Both the position numbers and the translations under genes were made by a program. The notes under the pieces are model-generated. The model saw only the letters and a program-made list of their open reading frames with translations. It searched no databases and was not told the DNA's origin. Shown one piece after another: positions 21,133 through 32,611 of a stretch of DNA of 64,000 nt. The stretch lies in the NCBI RefSeq assembly GCF_003334785.1, contig NZ_QOWV01000004.1. The stretch is one strand, 5' to 3'. The DNA is from Escherichia coli. GTDB taxonomy: Bacteria > Pseudomonadota > Gammaproteobacteria > Enterobacterales > Enterobacteriaceae. Numbering within the stretch: the first letter of the stretch is position 1; each line of letters opens with the position of its first letter.

Positions 21133-22320
21133 ATGGCGGACAAAAAGCTTGATACTCAACTGGTGAATGCAGGACGCAGCAAAAAATACACTCTCGGCGC
21201 GGTAAATAGCGTGATTCAGCGCGCTTCTTCGCTGGTCTTTGACAGTGTAGAAGCCAAAAAACACGCGACACGTAATCGCGCCAATGGAGAGTTGTTCTAT
21301 GGACGGCGCGGAACGTTAACCCATTTCTCCTTACAACAAGCGATGTGTGAACTGGAAGGTGGCGCAGGCTGCGTGCTATTTCCCTGCGGGGCGGCAGCGG
21401 TTGCTAATTCCATTCTTGCTTTTATCGAACAGGGCGATCATGTGTTGATGACCAACACCGCCTATGAACCGAGTCAGGATTTCTGTAGCAAAATCCTCAG
21501 CAAACTGGGCGTAACGACATCATGGTTTGATCCGCTGATTGGTGCCGATATCGTTAAGCATCTGCAGCCAAACACTAAAATCGTGTTTCTGGAATCGCCA
21601 GGCTCCATCACCATGGAAGTCCACGACGTTCCGGCGATTGTTGCCGCCGTACGCAGTGTGGTGCCGGATGCCATCATTATGATCGACAACACCTGGGCAG
21701 CCGGTGTGCTGTTTAAGGCGCTGGATTTTGGCATCGATGTTTCTATTCAAGCCGCCACCAAATATCTGGTTGGGCATTCAGATGCGATGATTGGCACTGC
21801 CGTGTGCAATGCCCGTTGCTGGGAGCAGCTACGGGAAAATGCCTATCTGATGGGCCAGATGGTCGATGCCGATACCGCCTATATAACCAGCCGTGGCCTG
21901 CGCACATTAGGTGTGCGTTTGCGTCAACATCATGAAAGCAGTCTGAAAGTGGCTGAATGGCTGGCAGAACATCCGCAAGTTGCGCGAGTTAACCACCCTG
22001 CTCTGCCTGGCAGTAAAGGTCACGAATTCTGGAAACGAGACTTTACAGGCAGCAGCGGGCTATTTTCCTTTGTGCTTAAGAAAAAACTCAATAATGAAGA
22101 GCTGGCGAACTATCTGGATAACTTCAGTTTATTCAGCATGGCCTACTCGTGGGGCGGGTATGAATCGTTGATCCTGGCAAATCAACCAGAACATATCGCC
22201 GCCATTCGCCCACAAGGCGAGATCGATTTTAGCGGGACCTTGATTCGCCTGCATATTGGTCTGGAAGATGTCGACGATCTGATTGCCGATCTGGACGCCG
22301 GTTTTGCGCGAATTGTATAA
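21133..22320 (+). CDS. metC: Cystathionine beta-lyase
   Basis: 395 aa from internal Met [20 protein letters not shown]... Confidence 0.97.
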   Translation: MADKKLDTQLVNAGRSKKYTLGAVNSVIQRASSLVFDSVEAKKHATRNRANGELFYGRRGTLTHFSLQQAMCELEGGAGCVLFPCGAAAVANSILAFIEQGDHVLMTNTAYEPSQDFCSKILSKLGVTTSWFDPLIGADIVKHLQPNTKIVFLESPGSITMEVHDVPAIVAAVRSVVPDAIIMIDNTWAAGVLFKALDFGIDVSIQAATKYLVGHSDAMIGTAVCNARCWEQLRENAYLMGQMVDADTAYITSRGLRTLGVRLRQHHESSLKVAEWLAEHPQVARVNHPALPGSKGHEFWKRDFTGSSGLFSFVLKKKLNNEELANYLDNFSLFSMAYSWGGYESLILANQPEHIAAIRPQGEIDFSGTLIRLHIGLEDVDDLIADLDAGFARIV

Positions 22321-22459
22321 CATTGCCACTTTTGGACAATTTTGCAGACATTTTATTGTGAAAAGTCTTAAATTGTTGCGTCCGGGATCAAGGCGTCCCG
22401 GACGATTCAGGAGTACAATAGGCAGATAAAGGCTTAAACGCTGTTCCACAGGAAAGTCC

Positions 22460-23119
22460 ATGGCTGTTATTCAAGATATCATCGCTGCGCTCTGGCAACA
22501 CGACTTTGCCGCGCTGGCGGATCCTCATATTGTTAGCGTTGTTTACTTTGTCATGTTTGCCACGCTGTTTTTAGAAAACGGCCTGCTGCCCGCCTCATTT
22601 TTGCCAGGCGACAGCTTGTTGATACTGGCAGGCGCATTGATTGCCCAGGGGGTTATGGATTTTCTGCCTACGATTGCGATTCTGACCGCCGCAGCAAGTC
22701 TGGGCTGCTGGCTAAGTTATATTCAGGGGCGCTGGTTAGGGAATACCAAAACGGTGAAAGGCTGGCTGGCACAGCTTCCTGCTAAATATCACCAGCGCGC
22801 CACCTGCATGTTTGACCGCCACGGTCTGCTGGCGCTGCTGGCTGGACGTTTTCTTGCATTTGTCCGTACGCTGCTGCCAACCATGGCGGGAATTTCCGGT
22901 CTGCCAAACCGCCGCTTCCAGTTTTTCAACTGGTTAAGTGGATTGCTGTGGGTCAGCGTGGTAACCAGTTTTGGCTATGCCTTAAGTATGATTCCGTTCG
23001 TTAAACGCCATGAAGATCAGGTAATGACGTTCCTGATGATCCTGCCAATTGCCTTGTTAACCGCTGGCTTGTTAGGCACGCTGTTTGTGGTGATTAAAAA
23101 AAAATACTGTAACGCCTGA
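22460..23119 (+). CDS. yghB: DedA-family inner membrane protein YghB
   Basis: 219-aa [25 protein letters not shown]... Confidence 0.93.
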
Positions 23120-23158
23120 CGATTTTCCCCGTTCCCGGTTGCTGTACCGGGAACGTAT

Positions 23159-24115
23159 TTAATTCCCCTGCATCGCCCGCATTCTTGCCGCATCTTCCCC
23201 CGGCGTCACACCGAAGTAACGTTTAAACTCACGGCTAAATTGCGATGCGCTTTCATAGCCGACGCGCATCGCTGCTGCGCTGGCCTTCATGCCGTCATGG
23301 ATGATCATCATCCGCGCCTTATGCAGACGGTAATTCTTCAAATACTGCAACGGCGAGGTACTGGTGACAGACTTAAAATTATGGTGGAACGCCGATACGC
23401 TCATGTTGGCTTCTGCCGCCAGTTGCTCGACGCTCAGGTTTTCGGTGTATTTATTCTCAATCCGTTTCAGCACGCGGCTAATCAGACTGAAGTGAGTCTG
23501 GCGACTGACCAGCGCCAGTAACGCGCCGCCGCAAGGTCCGGTCAGCACGTAGTACAGAATTTCGCGGATGATCTGTTTGCCGAGAATACGCGCATCCAGT
23601 GGTCGCTCCATCACGTCGAGTAACCGCTCCGCCGCGCATAAAATCTCTTCTGATAACGTGGTGGAGTTAATCCCGCTGGCTGCCATCGACGGCTGGAAAT
23701 GCTCATCTTCGCCAATGTCCATCAACAGTTCCTGTAACTGCAAAATATCGACATTGAGACGCAACCCTGCCAGCGGCACCTCTGACGTGGCATAGGTTTC
23801 GCACTCAAACGGCAACGGCACCGTCAGCAGCAGGTATTCATTGGCATCATAACGAAACACGCGTTCATTGATATAACCGATTTTATGCCCGGAAAAGAGA
23901 ATTATGATGCCAGGCTCGTACATCACCGGTGTACGTGCGAAAGGCGTCTCGCCATACAACAAACGCACATCGGGCAACAGTTCTGACAAACTATTTTCTT
24001 TATTTTTCAGTTTATTAACTTTATCCGCCAGCAAGCGGCAAATCTCTTCACGTTTCATATCGCGTAATTTCTTAGGAATAATGCGGCAATTTGATTGTGC
24101 GCAATTTTGTAGCAT
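23159..24115 (-). CDS. yqhC: AraC-family transcriptional activator YqhC
   Basis: 318 aa from internal Met [13 protein letters not shown]...; C-terminal AraC helix-turn-helix; divergent from yqhD. Confidence 0.93.
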   Translation of the reverse strand: MLQNCAQSNCRIIPKKLRDMKREEICRLLADKVNKLKNKENSLSELLPDVRLLYGETPFARTPVMYEPGIIILFSGHKIGYINERVFRYDANEYLLLTVPLPFECETYATSEVPLAGLRLNVDILQLQELLMDIGEDEHFQPSMAASGINSTTLSEEILCAAERLLDVMERPLDARILGKQIIREILYYVLTGPCGGALLALVSRQTHFSLISRVLKRIENKYTENLSVEQLAAEANMSVSAFHHNFKSVTSTSPLQYLKNYRLHKARMMIIHDGMKASAAAMRVGYESASQFSREFKRYFGVTPGEDAARMRAMQGN

Positions 24116-24251
24116 TTCTCCAGCACTCTGGAGAAATAGGCAAGACATTGGCAGAAATGAGCATTGAGAGCCAGGGCGCTGGCGATCACAATGAAAAACA
24201 TCAGGCAGATCGTTCTCTGCCCTCATATTGGCCCAGCAAAGGGAGCAAGTA

Positions 24252-25415
24252 ATGAACAACTTTAATCTGCACACCCCAACCCGCATTCTGTTTGGTAAAG
24301 GCGCAATCGCTGGTTTACGCGAACAAATTCCTCACGATGCTCGCGTATTGATTACCTACGGCGGCGGCAGCGTGAAAAAAACCGGCGTTCTCGATCAAGT
24401 TCTGGATGCCCTGAAAGGCATGGACGTGCTGGAATTTGGCGGTATTGAGCCAAACCCGGCTTATGAAACGCTGATGAACGCCGTGAAACTGGTTCGCGAA
24501 CAGAAAGTGACTTTCCTGCTGGCGGTTGGCGGCGGTTCTGTACTGGACGGCACCAAATTTATCGCCGCAGCGGCTAACTATCCGGAAAATATCGATCCGT
24601 GGCACATTCTGCAAACGGGCGGTAAAGAGATTAAAAGCGCCATCCCGATGGGCTGTGTGCTGACGCTGCCAGCAACCGGTTCAGAATCCAACGCAGGCGC
24701 GGTGATCTCCCGTAAAACCACAGGCGACAAGCAGGCGTTCCATTCTGCCCATGTTCAGCCGGTATTTGCCGTGCTCGATCCGGTTTATACCTACACCCTG
24801 CCGCCGCGTCAGGTGGCTAACGGCGTAGTGGACGCCTTTGTACACACCGTGGAACAGTATGTTACCAAACCGGTTGATGCCAAAATTCAGGACCGTTTCG
24901 CAGAAGGCATTTTGCTGACGCTAATCGAAGATGGTCCGAAAGCCCTGAAAGAGCCAGAAAACTACGATGTGCGCGCCAACGTCATGTGGGCGGCGACTCA
25001 GGCGCTGAACGGTTTGATTGGCGCTGGCGTACCGCAGGACTGGGCAACGCATATGCTGGGCCACGAACTGACTGCGATGCACGGTCTGGATCACGCGCAA
25101 ACACTGGCTATCGTCCTGCCTGCACTGTGGAATGAAAAACGCGATACCAAGCGCGCTAAGCTGCTGCAATATGCTGAACGCGTCTGGAACATCACTGAAG
25201 GTTCCGATGATGAGCGTATTGACGCCGCGATTGCCGCAACCCGCAATTTCTTTGAGCAATTAGGCGTGCCGACCCACCTCTCCGACTACGGTCTGGACGG
25301 CAGCTCCATCCCGGCTTTGCTGAAAAAACTGGAAGAGCACGGCATGACCCAACTGGGCGAAAATCATGACATTACGTTGGATGTCAGCCGCCGTATATAC
25401 GAAGCCGCCCGCTAA
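24252..25415 (+). CDS. yqhD: NADPH-dependent aldehyde reductase YqhD
   Basis: 387 aa from Met [22 protein letters not shown]... Confidence 0.97.
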   Translation: MNNFNLHTPTRILFGKGAIAGLREQIPHDARVLITYGGGSVKKTGVLDQVLDALKGMDVLEFGGIEPNPAYETLMNAVKLVREQKVTFLLAVGGGSVLDGTKFIAAAANYPENIDPWHILQTGGKEIKSAIPMGCVLTLPATGSESNAGAVISRKTTGDKQAFHSAHVQPVFAVLDPVYTYTLPPRQVANGVVDAFVHTVEQYVTKPVDAKIQDRFAEGILLTLIEDGPKALKEPENYDVRANVMWAATQALNGLIGAGVPQDWATHMLGHELTAMHGLDHAQTLAIVLPALWNEKRDTKRAKLLQYAERVWNITEGSDDERIDAAIAATRNFFEQLGVPTHLSDYGLDGSSIPALLKKLEEHGMTQLGENHDITLDVSRRIYEAAR

Positions 25416-25519
25416 GCTTTTTACGCCTCAAACTTTCGTTTTCGGGCATTTCGTCCAGACTTAAGTTCACAACACCTCACCGGAGCCTGCTCCGGTGAGT
25501 TCATATAAAGGAGGAACGT

Positions 25520-26347
25520 ATGGCTAATCCAACCGTTATTAAGCTACAGGATGGCAATGTCATGCCCCAGCTGGGACTGGGCGTCTGGCAAGCAAGTAAT
25601 GAGGAAGTAATCACCGCCATTCAAAAAGCGTTAGAAGTGGGTTATCGCTCGATTGATACCGCCGCGGCCTACAAGAACGAAGAAGGTGTCGGCAAAGCCC
25701 TGAAAAATGCCTCAGTCAACAGAGAAGAACTGTTCATCACCACTAAGCTGTGGAACGACGACCACAAGCGCCCCCGCGAAGCCCTGCTCGACAGCCTGAA
25801 AAAACTCCAGCTTGATTATATCGACCTCTACTTAATGCACTGGCCCGTTCCCGCTATCGACCATTATGTCGAAGCATGGAAAGGCATGATCGAATTGCAA
25901 AAAGAGGGATTAATCAAAAGCATCGGCGTGTGCAACTTCCAGATCCATCACCTGCAACGCCTGATTGATGAAACTGGCGTGACGCCTGTGATAAACCAGA
26001 TCGAACTTCATCCGCTGATGCAACAACGCCAGCTACACGCCTGGAACGCGACACACAAAATCCAGACCGAATCCTGGAGCCCATTAGCGCAAGGAGGGAA
26101 AGGCGTTTTCGATCAGAAAGTCATTCGCGATCTGGCAGATAAATACGGCAAAACCCCGGCGCAGATTGTTATCCGCTGGCATCTGGATAGCGGCCTGGTG
26201 GTGATCCCGAAATCGGTCACACCTTCACGTATTGCCGAAAACTTTGATGTCTGGGATTTCCGTCTCGACAAAGACGAACTCGGCGAAATTGCAAAACTCG
26301 ATCAGGGCAAGCGTCTCGGTCCCGATCCTGACCAGTTCGGCGGCTAA
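25520..26347 (+). CDS. dkgA: 2,5-diketo-D-gluconate reductase A / methylglyoxal reductase
   Basis: 275-aa aldo-keto reductase ORF MANPTVIKLQDGNVMPQLGLGVW... Confidence 0.97.
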   Translation: MANPTVIKLQDGNVMPQLGLGVWQASNEEVITAIQKALEVGYRSIDTAAAYKNEEGVGKALKNASVNREELFITTKLWNDDHKRPREALLDSLKKLQLDYIDLYLMHWPVPAIDHYVEAWKGMIELQKEGLIKSIGVCNFQIHHLQRLIDETGVTPVINQIELHPLMQQRQLHAWNATHKIQTESWSPLAQGGKGVFDQKVIRDLADKYGKTPAQIVIRWHLDSGLVVIPKSVTPSRIAENFDVWDFRLDKDELGEIAKLDQGKRLGPDPDQFGG

Positions 26348-26546
26348 CATGCAAATTCTCCCGGTGGCGGTAATGTTCCGCTACCGGACTTTTCAGAAAT
26401 CATTTATTCCCCTCGCGTCCCGCCCGTTGTTACTCTTCCTTGTTCAGGAATGCCAAATATAAGGACATCATCATGCAGAGCCGGAAGCTCTTAAAAGAAC
26501 AACTCATCTATATCCGGGATAAACGCAACGGAGAGGTGAAAAACAG

Positions 26547-27473
26547 ATGAAAATAATACTTCTGTTTTTAGCAGCCCTGGCAAGTTTTACCGTACACGCA
26601 CAGCCCCCCTCACAGACCGTAGAACAAACAGTCCGGCATATTTATCAGAACTATAAATCAGATGCCACTGCCCCTTATTTTGGTGAAACCGGAGAGCGGG
26701 CGATAACTTCTGCGCGTATTCAACAGGCGCTTACCCTGAACGACAATCTTACGCTGCCGGGCAATATTGGCTGGCTGGATTATGATCCGGTTTGTGATTG
26801 TCAGGATTTTGGCGATCTGGTGCTAGAAAGCGTTGCGATAACCCAAACTGACGCCGATCATGCCGATGCCGTTGTGCGCTTTCGTATCTTTAAAGATGAT
26901 AAAGAAAAGACCACGCAGACACTGAAAATGGTGGCGGAAAATGGTCGTTGGGTCATTGACGATATTGTCAGCAATCATGGCAGCGTCTTACAAGCAGTTA
27001 ATAGCGAGAATGAAAAAACGCTGGCCGCTTTAGCTTCGTTGCAAAAAGAACAGCCGGAAGCCTTTGTTGCCGAACTCTTTGAACATATTGCTGATTATAG
27101 CTGGCCGTGGACGTGGGTGGTTTCCGACTCTTACCGCCAGGCGGTTAATGCCTTCTATAAAACCACCTTCAAGACGGCCAATAATCCCGATGAAGATATG
27201 CAAATAGAACGGCAATTTATTTACGACAATCCGATCTGTTTTGGCGAAGAGTCGCTATTTTCACGCGTTGATGAAATTCGAGTCCTGGAGAAAACCGCCG
27301 ATTCCGCCCGCATTCATGTTCGTTTTACGCTGACCAATGGCAACAACGAAGAGCAAGAACTGGTTTTACAGCGGCGCGAAGGCAAGTGGGAAATCGCTGA
27401 TTTTATCCGCCCGAACAGCGGCAGCCTACTTAAGCAGATTGAGGCAAAAACTGCCGCCAGATTAAAGCAATGA
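26547..27473 (+). CDS. yqhG: DUF3828-family periplasmic protein YqhG
   Basis: 308-aa ORF with signal peptide. Confidence 0.9.
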   Translation: MKIILLFLAALASFTVHAQPPSQTVEQTVRHIYQNYKSDATAPYFGETGERAITSARIQQALTLNDNLTLPGNIGWLDYDPVCDCQDFGDLVLESVAITQTDADHADAVVRFRIFKDDKEKTTQTLKMVAENGRWVIDDIVSNHGSVLQAVNSENEKTLAALASLQKEQPEAFVAELFEHIADYSWPWTWVVSDSYRQAVNAFYKTTFKTANNPDEDMQIERQFIYDNPICFGEESLFSRVDEIRVLEKTADSARIHVRFTLTNGNNEEQELVLQRREGKWEIADFIRPNSGSLLKQIEAKTAARLKQ

Positions 27474-27523
27474 GCTGAATTAAATAACAATTAGCCGGAA
27501 CAATAAATAAAAGGGAACACTAT

Positions 27524-27781
27524 ATGAAAACGATTTTCACCGTGGGAGCTGTTGTTCTGGCAACCTGCTTGCTCAGTGGCTGCGTCAATGAGCAAAAGGT
27601 CAATCAGCTGGCGAGCAATGTGCAAACATTAAATGCCAAAATCGCCCGGCTTGAGCAGGATATGAAAGCACTACGCCCACAAATCTATGCTGCCAAATCC
27701 GAAGCTAACAGAGCCAATACGCGTCTTGATGCTCAGGACTATTTTGATTGCCTGCGCTGCTTGCGTATGTACGCAGAATGA
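27524..27781 (+). CDS. yqhH: Lpp-like lipoprotein YqhH
   Basis: 85-aa ORF, lipobox LLSGC, Lpp-like coiled coil. Confidence 0.9.
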
Positions 27782-27823
27782 TAAAAAAATCCCCGGTAGC
27801 GTGTCAGTTGCCGGGGATATTTT

Positions 27824-30043
27824 TTAACGTCCAACCGCCGCTTTAGGCCGTTTCTTCGCACCAGCATTCACCGGACGAGATTGCGTAGACGACGCTTTTT
27901 TTGCCGTAGCAGGCGTCTGACGCTGGGTCGCCATCGGCGTATGTTTCGTCAACGCCGGACGGGTATTGCGGTTCTGGCGACGAGCTTCACGCATCTCTTC
28001 AATGGTTGGCGCAGGCACTAAGCAATCGCGACGGCTGCCAATCAGATGCTTTTTGCCCATCGCTTCCAGCGCCTGGCGGATTAACGGCCAGTTTGCCGGA
28101 TCGTGGTAACGCAACAACGCTTTATGCAAACGACGCTGTTTGTCGCCCTTCGGTACGAAGACGTCTTCGCTCTTATAACCAATCTTCGCCAGCGGGTTTT
28201 TCCCGGTGTAATACATGGTGGTTGAGTTCGCCAGCGGCGACGGATAGAAGTTCTGCACCTGGTCGAGGCGGAAGCGGTGCTTTTTCAGCCACAGCGCCAG
28301 ATTCACCATATCTTCATCACGCGTACCGGGGTGCGCGGAGATGAAATAGGGGATCAGATACTGCTCTTTACCTGCCTGTTTTGAGTAAGTATCGAACAGC
28401 TCTTTAAAGCGGTCATAGCTGCCCATGCCCGGCTTCATCATCTTCGATAACGGCCCTTCTTCGGTATGTTCCGGGGCAATCTTCAGATAACCGCCGACGT
28501 GATGGGTCGCCAGTTCTTTGATATAGCGCGGATCTTCTACGGCTATGTCATAACGCACACCAGAGGCAATCAGGATCTTTTTAATGCCTTTCAGATCACG
28601 CGCACGGCGATAGAGGTTGATCGTTGGTTCGTGGTTCGTGTCCATGTGCGGACAAATATCCGGATAAACGCACGACAAACGGCGACAAGTTTGTTCAGCG
28701 CGTGGCGATTTGCAGCGCAACATATACATGTTGGCAGTTGGCCCACCAAGATCGGAAATCACGCCCGTAAAACCTGGAACGGTGTCGCGGATCGCTTCGA
28801 TCTCATTAATGATCGAATCTTCGGAACGGCTCTGAATAATGCGCCCTTCGTGCTCGGTGATAGAACAGAAAGAGCAGCCGCCAAAGCAGCCACGCATAAT
28901 GTTGACCGAAAAACGGATCATTTCGTAAGCCGGAATACGGGCATTGCCATAGGCCGGATGTGGCACGCGCTTGTATGGCAGCGCAAAAACGCTGTCCATC
29001 TCTTCGGTAGAAAGCGGAATAGCAGGCGGGTTGATCCACACATAGCGGTCGCCGTGTTTTTGCATCAATGCGCGGGCACAGCCTGGGTTGGTTTCGTGGT
29101 GCAGAATACGCGAAGCATGGGCGTACAGCACTTTATCGCCCTTCACTTTCTCGAAAGAAGGCAGCAACACGTAGGTTTTTTCCCACGGTTTCGGGCGCGG
29201 TGGCTGCACGGTTACGGCTTTGGCTTCCTGCTTTTTCGGTGCCACCGGTTTGTTATCCGCGCACGGCAAATCTTCACCATACGGATGCGGGATTGGGTCG
29301 ATTTTTCCAGGGGTATCAAGACGGGTGGAATCCACGCCGCTCCAGCCAGGCAGCGCCTCTTTCACGATAATCGCGGTATTACGCACATCGCGGATTTCAC
29401 TAATTGGCTCGCCCATCGCCAGACGATGCGCCACTTCCACCAGCGGACGCTCACCGTTACCAAACATCAGCATGTCGGCTTTCGAATCCACCAGCACGGA
29501 ACGGCGCACGGTATCGGACCAGTAATCATAATGCGCGGTACGGCGCAGACTAGCCTCAATACCGCCGAGGATCACCGGTACATCTTTCCACGCCTCTTTA
29601 CAACGCTGGGTATAAACCAGTGTGGCGCGATCCGGGCGCTTACCCGCGACGTTATCCGGCGTGTAGGCATCGTCATGACGTAAACGGCGATCGGCGGTAT
29701 AACGGTTGATCATCGAATCCATGTTGCCAGCAGTAACACCGAAAAACAGATTCGGTTTACCCAGACGCATAAAGTCGTCTTTGCTGCTCCAGTCCGGCTG
29801 GGCGATGATCCCGACGCGAAAGCCCTGCGCTTCCAGCATACGACCGCAAATCGCCATCCCGAAGCTTGGGTGATCGACATACGCGTCGCCAGTAACCAAA
29901 ATGATGTCGCAGCTATCCCAGCCAAGTTGATCCATCTCTTCACGAGACATCGGCAAAAACGGTGCCGGTCCAAAACAGGCGGCCCAGTACTGCGGCCAGG
30001 AGAACAGGTCGCGATCCGGTTGGATCAGGGAGATAGAGCTCAT
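27824..30043 (-). CDS. ygiQ: Radical SAM superfamily protein YgiQ
   Basis: 739-aa ORF with CxxxCxxC cluster (CFGGCSFC). Confidence 0.95.
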   Translation of the reverse strand: MSSISLIQPDRDLFSWPQYWAACFGPAPFLPMSREEMDQLGWDSCDIILVTGDAYVDHPSFGMAICGRMLEAQGFRVGIIAQPDWSSKDDFMRLGKPNLFFGVTAGNMDSMINRYTADRRLRHDDAYTPDNVAGKRPDRATLVYTQRCKEAWKDVPVILGGIEASLRRTAHYDYWSDTVRRSVLVDSKADMLMFGNGERPLVEVAHRLAMGEPISEIRDVRNTAIIVKEALPGWSGVDSTRLDTPGKIDPIPHPYGEDLPCADNKPVAPKKQEAKAVTVQPPRPKPWEKTYVLLPSFEKVKGDKVLYAHASRILHHETNPGCARALMQKHGDRYVWINPPAIPLSTEEMDSVFALPYKRVPHPAYGNARIPAYEMIRFSVNIMRGCFGGCSFCSITEHEGRIIQSRSEDSIINEIEAIRDTVPGFTGVISDLGGPTANMYMLRCKSPRAEQTCRRLSCVYPDICPHMDTNHEPTINLYRRARDLKGIKKILIASGVRYDIAVEDPRYIKELATHHVGGYLKIAPEHTEEGPLSKMMKPGMGSYDRFKELFDTYSKQAGKEQYLIPYFISAHPGTRDEDMVNLALWLKKHRFRLDQVQNFYPSPLANSTTMYYTGKNPLAKIGYKSEDVFVPKGDKQRRLHKALLRYHDPANWPLIRQALEAMGKKHLIGSRRDCLVPAPTIEEMREARRQNRNTRPALTKHTPMATQRQTPATAKKASSTQSRPVNAGAKKRPKAAVGR

Positions 30044-30153
30044 TTTGCTTCCAGAAATGATAAAAAAATAATCAAAGGCCGGGGATTATAAGCCGGAACG
30101 AAAGAGAAATCGAAAGGTATTCCATACTCGCCCTCCTCGGGCGAGTATGAAGA

Positions 30154-31566
30154 TTACGGTACCGGATTGACCAACAGTTGCCCAATCGAGCCACGGTCCG
30201 CCATTTCCAGCGTCTGACTGTTGAAGTAGAACGGGAAGTGCGCCCAGGAAGGCTGACCGAAATAAACAAGCAGCTCCACTTGTCCGTCAACCCAAACGGT
30301 ATCTTTCCAGCCTCTGTCTTCCGGGAACGGCATCGCGCCATTCACGTTACGGATCTGGAACATTACGCCTTCAATATGGAACGCTTGCGGCTCGTCCGCG
30401 CGTACCGTCCAGCGTTCCCACGTTCCTTGCTGCGCGGTGACATCAATACGGTTGACGTCCCACAGCTGTCCATTAATACCCGGGTCATCACCCAGACTGA
30501 TATCGCGACTGCGAATTGGCGAACCAGCCATGATTTCAGTTGGCAGCAAGCGCATCGGAAGACTGTCTGTGACCAGCGGCAGAAGGCCGGTTGGGCGCAG
30601 CGTTAGCACCAGGGTAGAAACCAGAATACTGGATGGCTCAAAGAAGCCACGAATACGATCAACAATGCTCGCCGCTTCGCCACAGGTGATCGACACTTCA
30701 TCGCCGTTGCTCATATCCACCAGAATCTCGCGGCGCTCGCCCGGTGCCAGCGAAAGTTGCTTCACCGATACAGGAGCAGGCAGGAATCCCTGATCGCCAG
30801 AAATCACATGTAACGGGCGACCATCGTTCATCTGTAGTTGATAGCGACGAGAGTTCGACGCGTTCAGCAGTCGCAAGCGCACCCAGCCACGCGAGACTTC
30901 AACGTACGGGCTTTGTACACCGTTAACCAGCAGCGTATCACCAACAAAGCCGCCGCTTCCCGGTTCGTTGTATTCTGGCGTACCAAAGTTATCCAGCCGT
31001 TTATCCTGGATAATGACCGGAAAATCATCCACACCATAATGGTTGGGGATAGGCAGCGACTTGCTGACTTCATCTTCCACCAGCCACATTCCGGCAAGGC
31101 CGTTATAGACCTGCTGAGCCGTGCGGTTGGGAGTATTGGCGTGATACCACAGAGTAGCTGCGTTCTGGCGAATGGGCAGTACGGGTGCCCAGTCAGCGTT
31201 TGGCGACATCATCCGTGCCGGACCGCCCATCAGCGGGCCTGGTACCTGTAGCCCGGCCACCGTCATTGAGACATTTTCTGTCAGGCGGTTGCTGTAAATA
31301 AGCTTAACATCGTCGCCCTTCCAGACGCGGATAGTCGGCCCCAGGTAACGACCATTGATTCCCCAGACCGACGCGCGTGTCCCTGGCGTAAATGACCAGT
31401 GCGCACGTTGTACAGTCATAAACAGCGGTTGCCCACGGCGAGATTCAAGTAGCGGCGGAACGGGTAGCGGTTGCTGTTGCCCGGCTGCGCTGGCCTTCAG
31501 GGGAACAGCGCCTGCACAAAGTGCAATCCCCGATGCCTGAATGAACTGACGCCGACTGAGTGACAT
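30154..31566 (-). CDS. ftsP: Cell division protein FtsP (SufI), multicopper oxidase-like
   Basis: 470-aa ORF, twin-arginine signal (SRRQFIQASG). Confidence 0.97.
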   Translation of the reverse strand: MSLSRRQFIQASGIALCAGAVPLKASAAGQQQPLPVPPLLESRRGQPLFMTVQRAHWSFTPGTRASVWGINGRYLGPTIRVWKGDDVKLIYSNRLTENVSMTVAGLQVPGPLMGGPARMMSPNADWAPVLPIRQNAATLWYHANTPNRTAQQVYNGLAGMWLVEDEVSKSLPIPNHYGVDDFPVIIQDKRLDNFGTPEYNEPGSGGFVGDTLLVNGVQSPYVEVSRGWVRLRLLNASNSRRYQLQMNDGRPLHVISGDQGFLPAPVSVKQLSLAPGERREILVDMSNGDEVSITCGEAASIVDRIRGFFEPSSILVSTLVLTLRPTGLLPLVTDSLPMRLLPTEIMAGSPIRSRDISLGDDPGINGQLWDVNRIDVTAQQGTWERWTVRADEPQAFHIEGVMFQIRNVNGAMPFPEDRGWKDTVWVDGQVELLVYFGQPSWAHFPFYFNSQTLEMADRGSIGQLLVNPVP

Positions 31567-31640
31567 ATTTGCTCCATGTAAAACTGGCTAAAGTAATACC
31601 GTGCAGGAAAGTGTTCCCCGCAAAAATACAGATTGCCGAC

Positions 31641-32378
31641 TTAAACTTTTCCGGCGGCTTCGCGTTCTGCGACTTCTTTATCGAGCTCGGCGATTTTTTG
31701 TTCCATTATCGAACGACAATGGGCAGCCAGCTCACGAACCTGATCTTTGCCATACTGACTGACGTCAATTGGCGGCAGCATTTCGACAATCACCAGACCG
31801 TTGTGCAGTCGATTAAGATTAATCTTATTCGAAGTTGTAGAGACGCACACGGGAATAATCGGGACGCCCGCCGCAATTGCCGCGTGAAATGCTCCAGTCT
31901 TGAACGGTAGCAGGCCGCGACCACGGCTGCGGGTTCCTTCCGGGAACATCCAGATGGAAATACGGCGTTTTTTGAAGTGATTCACTACTTCCGCAATGGT
32001 GCCGTGAGCTTTAGTGCGATTGTTTCTGTCGATCAATAAGTTGCCGGTTAACCAGTACAACTGCCCGAAGAAGGGGATCCACAGCAAGCTCTTTTTACCT
32101 ACCGTCACCGTCGGCGGTTGCACGATGTTCGATGCTGTCACCATGTCATAGTTGTTCTGGTGGTTAGCGATATAGATAGCATTGCCGTAGCTTTCAGCGT
32201 CTGTAGGTTTACGGCACTCAACTTTCAGGCCAAACAGCGGCGCAAGACGGCCAAACATATGCCCAAAGGTGGCCACATGTTTCGGGTTACGCGGGCTGAA
32301 AAGGCAGTAAATGGAGCCGAATACACAGACTAAGATGCTGTAAATCACGGTAATAATAAGACGAAAGATATATAGCAT
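31641..32378 (-). CDS. plsC: 1-acyl-sn-glycerol-3-phosphate acyltransferase
   Basis: 245-aa ORF with HxxxxD acyltransferase motif (ANHQNNYD). Confidence 0.97.
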   Translation of the reverse strand: MLYIFRLIITVIYSILVCVFGSIYCLFSPRNPKHVATFGHMFGRLAPLFGLKVECRKPTDAESYGNAIYIANHQNNYDMVTASNIVQPPTVTVGKKSLLWIPFFGQLYWLTGNLLIDRNNRTKAHGTIAEVVNHFKKRRISIWMFPEGTRSRGRGLLPFKTGAFHAAIAAGVPIIPVCVSTTSNKINLNRLHNGLVIVEMLPPIDVSQYGKDQVRELAAHCRSIMEQKIAELDKEVAEREAAGKV

Positions 32379-32611
32379 AACACCCTCTGAAGGTCTGAGA
32401 GACTGGCATTGTACGTCACCTGAAATCAGGTTAGGGCATTGTTAAAAGCCGCTCTCTGGAAAAGCGTATTGTTAATCGCAACGCATGAATAAACAACGGT
32501 TTCAAGGGAATTTTTATCGTTTCCGGGGGTTGAATACGCTGCCGGATGACGACTTAACGTTTCATCCGGCGTTCCTTGCAAGCGGGAGGAAACAGCGCCC
32601 TCCCCGGCATA

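Noticed and set aside
28466-29683. 405-aa plus-strand ORF inside ygiQ (similar antisense ORFs at 33248-34087 in parC, 35896-36597 in ygiS, 42644-43333 in parE and 62899-63630 in hldE)
   Set aside because: All lie entirely within, and antisense to, recognised genes of expected length, with no independent support.
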